Assembly (NCBI GenBank): GCA_964016885.1
Contig: OZ024741.1
Location: 74,090,001-74,154,000 of the forward strand
Reading direction: 5' to 3'
DNA length: 64,000 bases
Origin: Eledone cirrhosa
Taxonomy: Eukaryota
The first letter of the stretch is position 1. Each line of letters starts with the position of its first letter. The notes under the pieces are model-generated. The model worked only from the letters and a program-made list of their open reading frames with translations. It had not been told where the DNA came from and ran no database searches. Of the stretch, positions 10,318-23,500 are shown piece after piece. The position numbers and the translations under genes were made by a program.

Positions 10318-13300
10318 GTAATTATAAATAAATATTTTTCTTAAAAAAACAAAACAAAACAAAACAATTTTTCTGGCTAACTGTTAGCTAGATCATTTCT
10401 TTTATTTCAATATCTTTGCTTCGCTAAACACACTTACATTTGATTTACATGTTTATTTACATTTTGCCTATAAAAAGTTTTTGCGAACTAAGAAACAACT
10501 AGTTTTAACAAAAATTTACGTTTGCATTTGAATATCGGCAGATTTATTTCAAGACGAGTTGTTACCGTAGACTATTAACGTAATTGTAATACTAAAATGC
10601 AGCCCCATCACCAAGCTTTGGAATATTCTGAGTGGATACTCTAATTTTCAAGGGAAATCTTTGATCAGCTTGTTCGATAAATTTTTTCGTTTGTTATTTT
10701 GTAAAATTTACATTAGTTAACCTCTAAAAACCCAAACTGGGAGTACCATAAAAAAGTGCAGAAATGAGACAATACCCATTTTCACAAGAGAAGACATCTC
10801 TCACCCATCCCAAAGTAGGTGGGAGAACTCCCCCGTTGGACGATCTCCCCCGTTGGACGAGGAGAGTTGACAGATCTGTGAGAAGAAAAGTGATTGAAGT
10901 CTAGATATCAAGGAACATATTTCAATAGGTTTTTTTTTATAAGCTCTACTTTCTAAATCTGAAATTTCACAATTGAAAAGTAGGGGGAAGTGACAGTCAT
11001 CTAGTGGCCACTGAACTGACGAGGGGCCCACTGGGTTGTTGTTTAGTCTCAGGTCAGTCATGAGCAGATAGACTATGATTAAAGGAATTCAATCGATGAG
11101 CATCTCATCTTTTCCCTAGCATAGTGTTGCCATGGACTACATTATGTCAAACAGATCGTAATGAAACCACACCTTATGATGTAAAAAAAAAAGTGACACT
11201 ATTTGCATAAGGTGGTGCTCATTAGTAGACAACACACACACACACTTATATATATATATATATGATGCGAAGTTATTGTTTGTTTTTGAAGAACTATAAT
11301 GAACATGACAAATACAATAATTGTTTCTACTTTTGGCATAAAGCCAGCAATTATCCCAGTGCATTACTGGTGTGTTATTTTATCGACCCTGTAAGGACGA
11401 ACGACAAATACAATGATTTGGGTTAGATATAGAACTTTATACTTCACTTCAGTTAAAAAGGAAAAAGAATAGGTGTTTATTATGCTACGTTAGATTACAA
11501 AGTGAAAGTTGTTTCAAGATGTACACACCAGCATAGGGAGCAGTAAGCTCACAGTGAAGGGGCAGATGACTCTGTGTGGTTGAAGTGCCGTTGGAAGAAT
11601 TGCTGTTAGGCCCTTGTAGACAGGGCTGAAGTTTTTTCTTTGCTAAGTGCTATATCTCACCACTTGCTTGAGCAGGCTGAAGTGATACTTCTCTCTCGAG
11701 GAACCCGAGTCAAACTGACACAAAGAAAACTTATCTCCTTCTTCCTCCAGCTAACTAACCACTTAAGACACCAACTGACGCCAACTCAGATAAAGAGAAA
11801 TAGCAGCTAGATGTCATTTGGGGGTTGGTGTGTGCAAAGAGATTTCGCTACATTATATATCATCATCATCACCGTTATACCCGATTTGTTCATTTGAGTA
11901 GTAGTAGTGATGATGTGTGATGAATGAGTAACTTGTTGGTCGAGTAATAGAAGGTGAGTAAGTGAAGTTGGTCTCAGTGAGTCAAGTGAAGCTTTGCCAT
12001 ATTTAAGGAAACAAATAGTTGTACTTGCTTGTGATGTGAAGTGACATTACTATGGGGAAGATGGTTTTACCATATGACATAGATAAGAATTAAATGAACA
12101 AGACTGCTAATTTTAATGTTTTTATTTGTAACATGATTTACTTTGAAATTATGTGCAGCGATGAATAATAGAAAAAAAATGTACATAAAATGCAGTATGT
12201 TATGTGTTCAAATGTAATATTTACTAACCTGTGTTGATAAAACTCTCAGCTAGTGCCGGTCCCAACAAGGTTAGCTAGAGAGAGTGTGCGACTGTGTATG
12301 TCGTTATATTGCAAGGCTGAAGGAACAAGCTATCTCTCTCAGAGTTGGGAAGCAAACTGAATCTGGGGGTCGAAAATCTCCTGTAACAATTATCTTCTTT
12401 TCAGACACCCTGATACCATGAGCCTATTAGAAGAGAGTGATATCTAAATTTGTGGCTCGGAGGTCGTAGGTCAGTCTTAAGGTGGTCATTTGTGGTAGAC
12501 TAAGAAAACCATCGTGGGAAAATGTGCCGAAGTTTCACTACATTAGTTCCTCACCCAGCTCGATGTGGGAGCAGCAATCAATAATAGAGGAGGTAGTGAA
12601 ATGCGAGAATATGATATGAAAATTGTGGAATTGAGATCTATGTTGGTTTTAGTTATAAACGGGCTTTTTTTGAAACTATATATATATAGTAATAATAATA
12701 AATTTGAAGACTAAAATCCAAAGAGGGCTCGATAAGGATAAATATATATCAAATATATAAGAACCGTAGAGAAAATATTTATTAAAATAACAGATTAAAG
12801 TTTAAACAAAGAATCGCTGCTTTCACCCTTAACGGGATCTTCTGAAGATCCCGTTAAGTAACCATTCCTAAAAAACAAATAGAAAAATAAAAGACAGGAA
12901 ATGAAAATATCCCTACATATATTAATCTTCAATACATTTGGATCCTCAGAAACATCAAAATGTATAAAACCTTATCAAATTTAGGAGAGGGATGTCTCCT
13001 ATGTTGGAAATGTGTTGATATTATGGTGTCATACTTTTATCTGATAAGAATATGTATTTGTCCGTATTTTTGTTTCACAAACACAATTCTTCTAAATATA
13101 TTCTATCCGGCTGTATTTGCTTTACTGCTGTATGAAATATCAGCAACTATGCTTGTTTTAGGGAGACCAAGTGCAGACTCGATGAGGTACTGCTTTGTTT
13201 GATTAGCTTTGGTCATTGGTATTTTGATGGAATCTGAATTCAAAAGTGCAAGTAGTTAGAATGGAGACTGCAAGGTGTCTTGTCTGATACTCTAACAATT

Positions 13301-16300
13301 CTTCCAATCCATCACTCTGGGCTGGTGCGTTATTTATCAACCCTAAAGGATGAAAGGCAAAGTGGTCTTCAGCAGGAATTGAACTCAGAGTGCAGAGAGT
13401 CAGAATAAATACTGTAAGGCAATTTTTATACTCTAATAAATTTGCCAATTTACTGACTATATTAATTGAATGATATATTCCAAAAGGAAAGGATTGAATC
13501 ATCAGATAAAAAACCCCAAAGAAACTGTTTCCACCAGTCTTCCCATTGCTGATACTATCTGTTAGAAGGAGATTTGAACACAGAGCCAGATCAAATACTC
13601 ATCCAACTGTAACAATTACACTGATCCTAGACAAGTTCTTTAATTATTGATCCCAAAAAGATGAAAGGCAAAGTTGATATCAGTCAGATTTAAAATAAGA
13701 GTGCTGGAACAAATACCAAGGTATTTAATCTGATGTTCTAATGACTTTGTCAATTCATTATCTCTATTGTGGCATTATATGAAAGATATTTTATCTAATA
13801 CTATGTTATATTAATTGTTATTTCCCTAATTTTGCTAATATGATATCTCAGTTTATCCTTAACTATCTTCTCTTGCTATTTTTCTCATTGATTTTGATTT
13901 ATAGAAGTGCATGAGGTGGATGGAATAGGATGGATTCACTTCGTTCAGCCATCCAAAAAGATATTCCTGAAGCCCAAGTAACAGTTGTTGTTAGTAAAAG
14001 ACGAGGTAAGATATATTTTATTACATATGCATCATATTAGTATTGTTTTATTTTTTTACTGGTTTCAGGCATTAGCTGCAAATATGCTGGGGCACTGCCT
14101 TGATGAGAATAAATTAATTTATCAAGTCTGGTACTTATCTTATTGAACTGTTTTTGTAGAACTGCTAAGTTATGGGACATAAAATAAACACACATACAGA
14201 CACAAACATATGCAAACATTGTATATCCTTCTCCTTCTTCTTCTTCCTCCTCCTGAGTGGGTCATGGGGGCAGAGTCCACAAACAATCCTTTCAGTGGAT
14301 CCTGTCAGAAGCAACCGTCTTGCTCGGAGTTTACCCCTGGATCTCCTGCCGGTTGGTTTTGCCCGTAAAATCTGTCCAGCGATTCTTTCCTGAGATATTC
14401 TAACCATATGCCCATAATATTGGAGCTGTGATCTCTCAATTTGGAGAAGTAGCAGGTCTACCTGGAGTGACTCTCTGATCTCCGAGTTACACACTTTATC
14501 ATCATCATCATCATCACTGTTTTACGTCCGTTCTTCCACGCTAGCATGGGTTAGACGGGTTGTCCTGTTGTGGGCAGTGTCTGGTCGGCTGACCTTGTCT
14601 TGCTCATACAGGAACTGATTCTGGCTTGATTTCTACAGCTGGATGCCCTTCCTAACACCAACCTTTATTTACAGTGAGTGCTGGGTGCTTTTTTTCCGTG
14701 GCGCCTACACGTCCACTTTACAGTGAGTGCTGGGTGCTTTTTTTCCGTGGTGCCTACACGTCCACTTTACAGTGTGGGCTGGGTGCTTTTTTTGCCATGG
14801 CACCTCCACGACCACTTTGCAGTGGGAGGGTGTGGGAGCATATTGTCTATATGCTTCAGCTTTGGCTTGTACCCGTGGGAGGTCGGGTACTCTGTATTAC
14901 CGCGTGATGCCAGAGGTCACGGTCGTGTGTCATCGCCTTTGAGAGGTGTAATTGGGTAAAGTCGGCTTTTATCACCTCATCCCAGGTCTTCTTGGGTCTT
15001 CTCACTCCGCGGTTTCTATTGACTTCTAGTGCTCTGCACCTTTTTATGCAGCTGTCATCCTTCATACGCATCACATGTCCATACCAACGCAACCACCTCT
15101 CCTGCACACAGCATTTGATTCCTCTTATGCTCAGTCTCTCTCTCAATTCATTTATGCTTTGCCGTTCACGTATATTACTATTACACATCCATCGGAGCAT
15201 GCAGGCTTTGTTTCTTTCTAATCTACGTAAGACCCTTCAGAGGAATCCCATTTTGGCCGCTTGTATTCGCAATCATATTCTTTAGGTTATTACCCAAGAT
15301 TCATGATCATAGGTAAGGGTTGGCACAAATACTGAATTGAAGATAGCAAGTTATATATACATCTGATTTATATAATTATTTTGAATTTTTCTCTCTTTTT
15401 CATAATAGTAATTTGTTAACAACAGTTTATTAAATTCTTTCTGACATTCCCTTAATTCTTAACCAGATTGTAATATTTCATGTTTTGATTAACATAATTA
15501 AATTCTTTATAAATTAACTATACATAGACTGGTTAATAATATACTAGCACTTTAGCTAGTAATGGTTTTAAATAAAAATTAAAATATTTAACGTTTTATT
15601 TTTTTGTTTATTACTTTATAATAATAATTTTGATAGCTCTAAATGTTTGTTTTATAATTTTCTCTGATTTTCCTGTAATTTTTAATATTCCATGTTTTTT
15701 TTAAAAATGAATATAATGAAGTTATACTTTCAAAGCACTAACTAGGTTTAACTAATTTTTAACATCATATATAAATATTTCTGTATATTTATATTTAGTT
15801 TATTATATTTGGAAATATTATATGTTAACTCATGATTTTATCTTTTTTCTTTTTTACTTCCTCTCATGTTGATATTAAATTCTGTAGTCCTTTAAAATGC
15901 AATGTATTATATATGTTAATGCTATATTAATAATGGTGTGTTGTTTATTACATATCATATGATTGTTGTTATAATGATGTGTCAATATAAAAGCCTCACT
16001 CCCTAGAATTGAGGATTGTTTTCAGTTTCTCCAATGACGATAAAATGAACAAAAATAATCATTAATCCTTGACTCAAAGATCAGATTATAATATATAAAA
16101 ATATTAATTATATATATTATTAATGTAGCTTGAACAAGGATTTTTTCTTTTCTTCTCTTTTATTTAATTTTGCAGAAACACACATATCAGGAATAAAATG
16201 ATTTAAATTTCACCTTTCCTAGTTGTTGCATTAAAATCCTGATACATCTATGACTACTGCTACACTATTAGAAGTCACCCCATTCTTCCTACTCATTACT

Positions 16301-19300
16301 CTTTCAAATCCCACTACGCTTGCCTTTCATCCATAACATCACTTATATCCCACTCCAGAGCAGAAAAGGCTCTTAGTTGGGACAATAACAATCAACATTT
16401 CTAGTGTGTGTCATGAAAATGCACCCAGGACTGTAAGGTGGATGCCAAAAAACAAGATAGAAAAACAAGAAAAATAATGACTGCATTTAGAATACACCAT
16501 CCAAAATAAGATGTAGACAGGTTATACCTACCACGAACATTAGGAGAAAGGGGCTTAATACAACTAGAAAACTGTTATAAAATAACTACTGTAGGACTAC
16601 GAAAATATCTAATGAAGAACAAAAAGAAGTCAATAGAAATATCTATAAAACAAAAAAATTGTATTCAATCTTCAAGGAGGCCAATAAATTTAAAGCAGAA
16701 ACTGGATTAACAGATAGCTGTGAGGAAAATAAAAACACAAGAAACAACAGAAATAGTTGAAAACTTAAAATCTAAACTGAAAACGGACCTCTAGAATGCC
16801 ATGTTAAAACAATAGTAATAGAAACCATTATATGGCCAATACCTGAAAAAGCTGAATAGAGAGGAAGTAGACAAGCAAAATACACAAAACTGGCTATGAA
16901 ACACTGGATTAAATATCAAGATGGAAGGATTTTTAATTGCAGCACCAGACCAAAGCTTCGCCTCTAGAAACTACAAGAAGTACATAATGAAGCAGAACAT
17001 AATAATAATTGCAGAATATGTGGCGGTGAGGAAGAAACAATTAACCACATTATCTCTGGCTGCCCAGTCAAAGAAATACATCTACAGACATGATAGAGTA
17101 GGGACCTACATACACTGGAAATTATGCCAACATTATGAAATACCAGCAGACAAAAGATGGTTCAGACACATACTAGAAAAGCTATCAGAGATTGACAAAG
17201 CAACCATTCTCTGGGATATGCCAATACACACAGACCATGAGATCAAAGTCAACCAACCTAATATTATAGTCAAAGACTGCAAAAAAATGTTTTCTAATTG
17301 GTGTATCAATCCACACAAATAACAATATATTTTAGCAGAAATATATTTAGAAGTTGTAATGTTGCCACGAGGAACCACCAGTTGGTAGAAAGATATGATA
17401 GGAATATCGACAACGACTTTAGCTTGTTTTTACATTATTTATTAACAAAGGTTGAGCTGGCATGCCAAGAGAAATAAAACAAACGAATTAAGATTTCAGA
17501 AAGACACGGGCTACTGGCTGTTAGGTGTTGCCAGGCCGTGGTTAAATTGTTGTGTTACATATTGGCTAGTGATTTCACGGCGAAAGAAAAGTTGTTTACC
17601 TTAGCACGGTTCGAGCTGGAAGAGAGAGACTCCTCAAATCTTTGCGGGTAATTTCTCTCTCAGGACGCGTAGGGATACATCCTCTTCTACTGGCGCTGAT
17701 TGGCTGAGCTGAGCCAAATCACGCACAGAGAATGTATGTGAGCCTGCGGAATGTAGGTCACTACAATACCCCCCTTCTAGACGGTAGTCGATACAGATTA
17801 TTGAATCAGCAAGAACAAATGCTGAAAGAGCACATCAGTGAAAAAATAATTGAGCAGAAGGATGCATGCAAGAAAAAAAATGAGGCGCTACGGGCCGTGT
17901 TGAGCCGCTGTGTCAAATGACTAGCTGTTTTGTAGTTTATACGTGACCACCAAAGGTCTAACAGAAAACGGATAAAGTCTGACATGGGCGAAGTTGCTGT
18001 TCTTGCTTTAAATGTTAATGGTAAGTGTTGTACCAGTAGCTGTGGATGAAGCTATTATGGTAGTTTACCAGTGCTGGCAAGAAGATGATGGGTAGGCGAG
18101 AAAATGTTGGCCTCCCAGATGTATTGCTGAATGTGCTAGGGGGCCAGGACAAAATGGCTGGTTGCTTTGATAAGAAAATAAGCAAGCTGAATCTGTAGGT
18201 GGGTTGCAGTCCCACAATTCGGGCGAATCCACAGAAGTGGTGGAAATGCTGACAAGTCCAGTTCTATTTGTTGTTTTCCCGGTGAGTTGGGTAAGATAAC
18301 AAGATAGAGGTTGTTATGGACGATGAATGTGCAACGAGATGCGAAACTGTTTGAGTTCAGCTGCAATTAGCATTCTCGTGTTGCGGTGCAGGTGAATTAA
18401 GCTGCAAGTGTCGACAGCATGTTTTGGTACCTCCAGAAGGTGAAAAGGGATCTCGCAGAATATTACGACGCTCGAAGATCACACACCATAGACAACAACA
18501 TGTTGGTGTGTGTATATATGCAGGCATGTAATACAGCAAAGAAAATGTGTGTGTGCGGTCACATATACAATGATAGAGAGAAATGAATTTTCATATAACA
18601 CAGTTTAAAAAAAAAAAAAAAATGTCCAAAATAAATGCCTGAAAAAAAAAAGGAAGAAAGAAAGAATTGTTTCCTTTCTTTAAACAAAAAGTACGCTTCT
18701 TTTTTCTTTGGGATCGCTCTTACTAGGGAGCTAGTAGAGTTGTTGTTGTTAAAGCAAAGTCACAATGAATCTTCTGTAGAGTAGAAGTCACCAACATGGC
18801 AGCCACGTCTGACCCCATAATGGTGAGAAAACTACTGTCTTAATTTCTCGAGTCCCTGTGGTAACGAGACAGAAGGTATGGTGGTTGCGTCGGCAAAGTT
18901 ACAAGCCGTTCCCTGGTGTTGGTTAATAGTTAGCCATGTGTTGCTTGTTTGCATTGCAGGAAGCCGTATGGAAAGAAAAATGTCTCCAGGTTATAATTTT
19001 TAAAATACAGCCAATTTTTTTTTCCCTCCAAGATGTTGTCGTTGGCGAGTTTGCAAAAGTTAAACCACGTGTTGTTCTTTTTTAAAAAAAAAACTACTTC
19101 CATGTTTTATTTTTTTCTCTTTTTAACGGTAGAGACGATAGAACAGGTGAAAGCGTGGAAGTCAACAATATGATGTGTGGTGGTTGCGTCGGTAAGGTTA
19201 TGAAGCTGCTATCTCACCATTCCCTGTTGTTGGTTAGTGGCTAAACAATGTTGTCGCTGCTGCTGTCGTTGATTGTAGACAGGACTTGTCGGTAGCCATT

Positions 19301-20488
19301 TTGAAATTTCCTCGTGGCGAAAAGTTTTTGAAATACTGCTAATTTTCTTACAATTTTAAAAGGGATATTTTGTATTTTCATCAGTTGCATTGAACAAAAA
19401 GGCTGCGTAAAATTCTTACATCAGTCACCAGAGAAGTGTTTAGAAGTTGTAATGTTGCCACGAGGAACCACCAGTTGGTAGAAAGATATGATAGGAATAT
19501 CGACAACGACTTTAGCTTGTTTTTACATTATTTATTAATAAAGGTTGAGCTGGCATGCCAAGAGAAATAAAACAAACGAATTAAAATTTCAGAAAGACAC
19601 GGGCTACTGGCTGTTAGGTGTTGCCAGGCCGTGGTTAAATTGTTGTGTTACATATTGGCTAGTGATTTCACGGCGAAAGAAAAGTTGTTTACCTTAGCAC
19701 GGTCGAGCTGGAAGAGAGAGACTCCGCAAATCTTTGCGGGTAATTTCTCTCTCAGGACGCGTAGGGATACATCCTCTTCTACTGGCGCTGATTGGCTGAG
19801 CTGAGCCAAATCACGCACAGAGAATGTATGTGAGCCCGCGGAATGTAGGTTACTACAATATCTACAAAGGAAATGGAGAAACTATCTAAATATAAAAATC
19901 TAGAGATAGAAATAACCTGAATGTGGATGATGCATACAGAAACAATATCTATGATAATAGGTGCTCTGGAAATGATACAAAAATACAGATACATAACCAA
20001 AACCCCATGACTTACAAATATACACAGTATACAAAAAATAGTACTACTAGGCACCACACACATATTTCAAAGAGTATTCTCAATACAATAGAAACATCAC
20101 CACCAAAAACCATACTGCACATACCCAAGGTGTACAGAGCTGTGCTCGGTAATGCAGTAATAATGTGCAAAATAATGATAATAATAATAATGGATTCTCC
20201 TGTCAATTTTGACAAATGAGAAGTTATGTTGGTATCACAACATCCAGTCCGAAGTAAATGAGGTCGTGTAGGTGTCACGACAAAAAAACACAGTCCATGC
20301 TGTAATGTGGCCATGTAGGTAACACGGTAAAAACCTCCCACTCCACACTGTAAATGTGGTTGGTGTTAGGAAGGGCATCCAGCCGTAGAAAACCCGCCAG
20401 ACAGTCCTATACGAGCAAGACAACCAATCTTGCCTCAAGTGGGAAAATTCCCGTCCAAACCCATGCAAGCGTGGAAGATGGACGTTAA

Positions 20489-20519
<31 letters not shown>

Positions 20520-23500
20520 GGGTCCAACAGCTAGGTTTTTCTTTTTTGTCTTAGTTGTGATGTTTATGTCTATAATGATACTTTAATTCAGCAGACTAGA
20601 TGACAGATTGGATATAACAGAGGATTATTATACAAAGTGGTTGGAATGTTAGATTGAGTTTGTGTCTTTACTCTCAATGTTTTAAGATGATCCAGGCGGT
20701 ATATTTCATAGTTTTTTTAAGGCTTTATAGAAAGTTAACCGTCATTCATCATGACTCAATGCAGTTTTTCAAATGTTTCTGAAGGAATATTTGTCGCTTT
20801 CAGGTCAACTTTGAACTTGTCCTTCTACCTCAGCCATGGTTTTACGTTTTTCCTTCCACTATATAGCTGACTATTCAATTGGTTTCTATAGTGTCTATAT
20901 CTACTAAATTTCACTCACAAGTAACTGTATATGTAAACATGTTTAATTATATATCTCATTTTTAGGTGCTTTTGAAGTTATTGTCAATGGAAAGTTGATT
21001 TTCTCTCGTCTTCAGACTGGTGATTACCCCAATCATAACAAGGTCTGTATATTACATTTAATTTTACCTTTTATTATTTTTTGTTTTAAATGTGTATTCT
21101 CTGTATTTGTTATATAAACCAACAGTATCCTCATCATGATCAAGTTCCCCCAATTGCTGCAGTCAGACATTAGAGTGCCTCTCTAGACGTTTTTACAGTC
21201 AGCAGTCACAACTAGTTTCAATACTTCATCATGAATAGAAAGGTCATGGTGTTGTGATTTGTCCAGTCCTTGATGTCAAACCACGATTTTCTTTGCCTGC
21301 CTTTCCTCTAACTTCACCCTCCCTCAACTGTGCTCTGAAGGATGGTTTTAGACAGAGTTGTGACTAGATACATGATTGTACCAGGCAAGCTTTTGTTTTT
21401 TTTACCATCATAGAAAGTGGTTCCTGTCTATCAGCATATTTGTTGATTTGCTGCCTGACAAACTTGTTTCTCTTGTGTTCTGTGTACAGGATGTATAGCA
21501 GTCTTCTGAAGTACTTGTGTTCAAATGCTGGGATTCTTTTCTTTCATGTTGGCTGTAAGAGCCCATCTTTCACATTTATACAGAAGGATCAAATTCACCA
21601 GGATGCCTTTCTTAATAATTTGAAACTCATTGGAAAATTTATCGAGTTGCTTTTCCATATAATGTTCAGGAGAAGAGGCCAGGCCAAGTTTTGTCATAAT
21701 CTCTTTTAGTGGTCCTTGGTCAAAGTGGATCCTAAATACTTGAAGGTGTCCACCTCTTCAAGTTTTCTTCCATTCAGCATGATGTTGGTTGCTGTATTAT
21801 GGTTATGATTATTAACCATAATCTTGTTCTTTAAATTGGTTATGATCAAACAGAAACAAAGAATGAACTCTTCAGTCTGGTAGAGCACATGTCAACATTT
21901 CTAGTGCTAGTGCCAGAATAAAGTGCACCCAGTGCACTCTGTAAAGTGGTGGTGCATATACTGTGATAAAATATATCCAGTACACTATGTGAAGTAGTTA
22001 GAAGAAGGAAGGGCATCTAGCTGTAGTGACCATATGAAATATATAAGCAAGATTTTAGCATGTTTTTTACAATTGGATGCCCTTCCTAATACCAATCACT
22101 TTACAGGGTATACTATGTGAATTTTATCATGGTACCAGCACCAGAGATGTTGTCATGTCCTTGACACAATTGAAGAGTCCTCTCAACCTTTTGTTTGGCA
22201 TAGTTTCTATGGCTGGGTGCCATTACTAACACTAATCATTAAACCAAGTTTACTGGCTGCATTTTATCATAACACCAGCACTAGTGAGATTGTCAAGTCC
22301 TTTACCCAACTGAAAAATCTTCTCAACCTTTTATTAGGCAAGGTTCTTATTGCTAGTTACCCTTCCTAACACCAACCACTTAATAGAGCGTACTGGGTTT
22401 ATAAAATTTGCATATTTCAGTAAATCAAACTTACATGTGACTACTAGATATAGAAACATTTTCTTGTCATTGTAAAAACAGTTGAATTGTTAAGAACAAA
22501 TAAATTATGTTCCCAACTGTGAACAAGATGACCATTTAGAAAACTGAAGGTGTGTTATCACTTACTTTTGATTAAAAAAAATTCTTCCTGGTTTAAAATG
22601 AAAAATATCCAAATTTACAGATCTACAAAGCCCCTAATTAAAAATCTATATATTTTCTACTTATTTGTTATTTCAAAAGAATATATAAAGGAAATAGATA
22701 TTTCTATTTCTCTTGTTCAATAATATTAATGGTTATTTTCTTAAAGATACTGAAGATTTTATTCATGTAATTCAAAGGAAAAGATTACTCTGGATTACTC
22801 CATTAGAAAATTTAGTATCAACACTTAAAGCTGATATAGGAGTGGCTGATGCAGTGGGTATCACTGGCTGTTCTCCACAGCAATGCTTTTGCCATGTTTT
22901 AAACATTGGCAACACTAGGAAAATTATAGAATTCCCGTCAATAAAGATTCTTTTCGATGACATTCAATTTGGCCAGGAATGTTTTCACAGCATTCCTTGC
23001 TTTAAGCAAAGTGATCTTCTTTCCCTGCAAAGCCAAAATGATACTGTTGCATTTGGCGAAGATGTCGGTGGGGTAGGCTCTGTCTTGTCTCACATCGAGG
23101 GTTTTCTTGTACAGTTCTGTGTTGCGTCCTCGCAGAAACTCAATGATAGAATCGAAAAGTTCAAAGAAGTGAGTAAGGCACTTGCCCTTTGAAAGCCACC
23201 TCACTTCAGTATGAAGGAGCAACTTGACGAATTCTTCGTCATTATCTTGGCACAGTTGCTGGAAAATTCATTCATTGAGGGAATGCCGTTTTATAAAATT
23301 GATGACATCAATGGCCACCTGCAAGGACTTTCTCAGCAGCTCGGTGAGTTTCTTCGCAGCCAAATGACACAATGAAGAGCAAATACAGATAGATTTTCTC
23401 TCTTCAGAAGAGTGACGAAACCCTTATGTTGGCCGACCATTGCTCTTGCGTCGTCTGTAGCACATGATACAATGTGTGTTGTATGTGGTCCTAGTTGTAT

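Noticed and set aside
13905-13914. Pseudogene interpretation of the two in-frame TGAs
   Set aside because: Both fall exactly on the redox positions, all other codons and splice sites are intact, and a SECIS is present.
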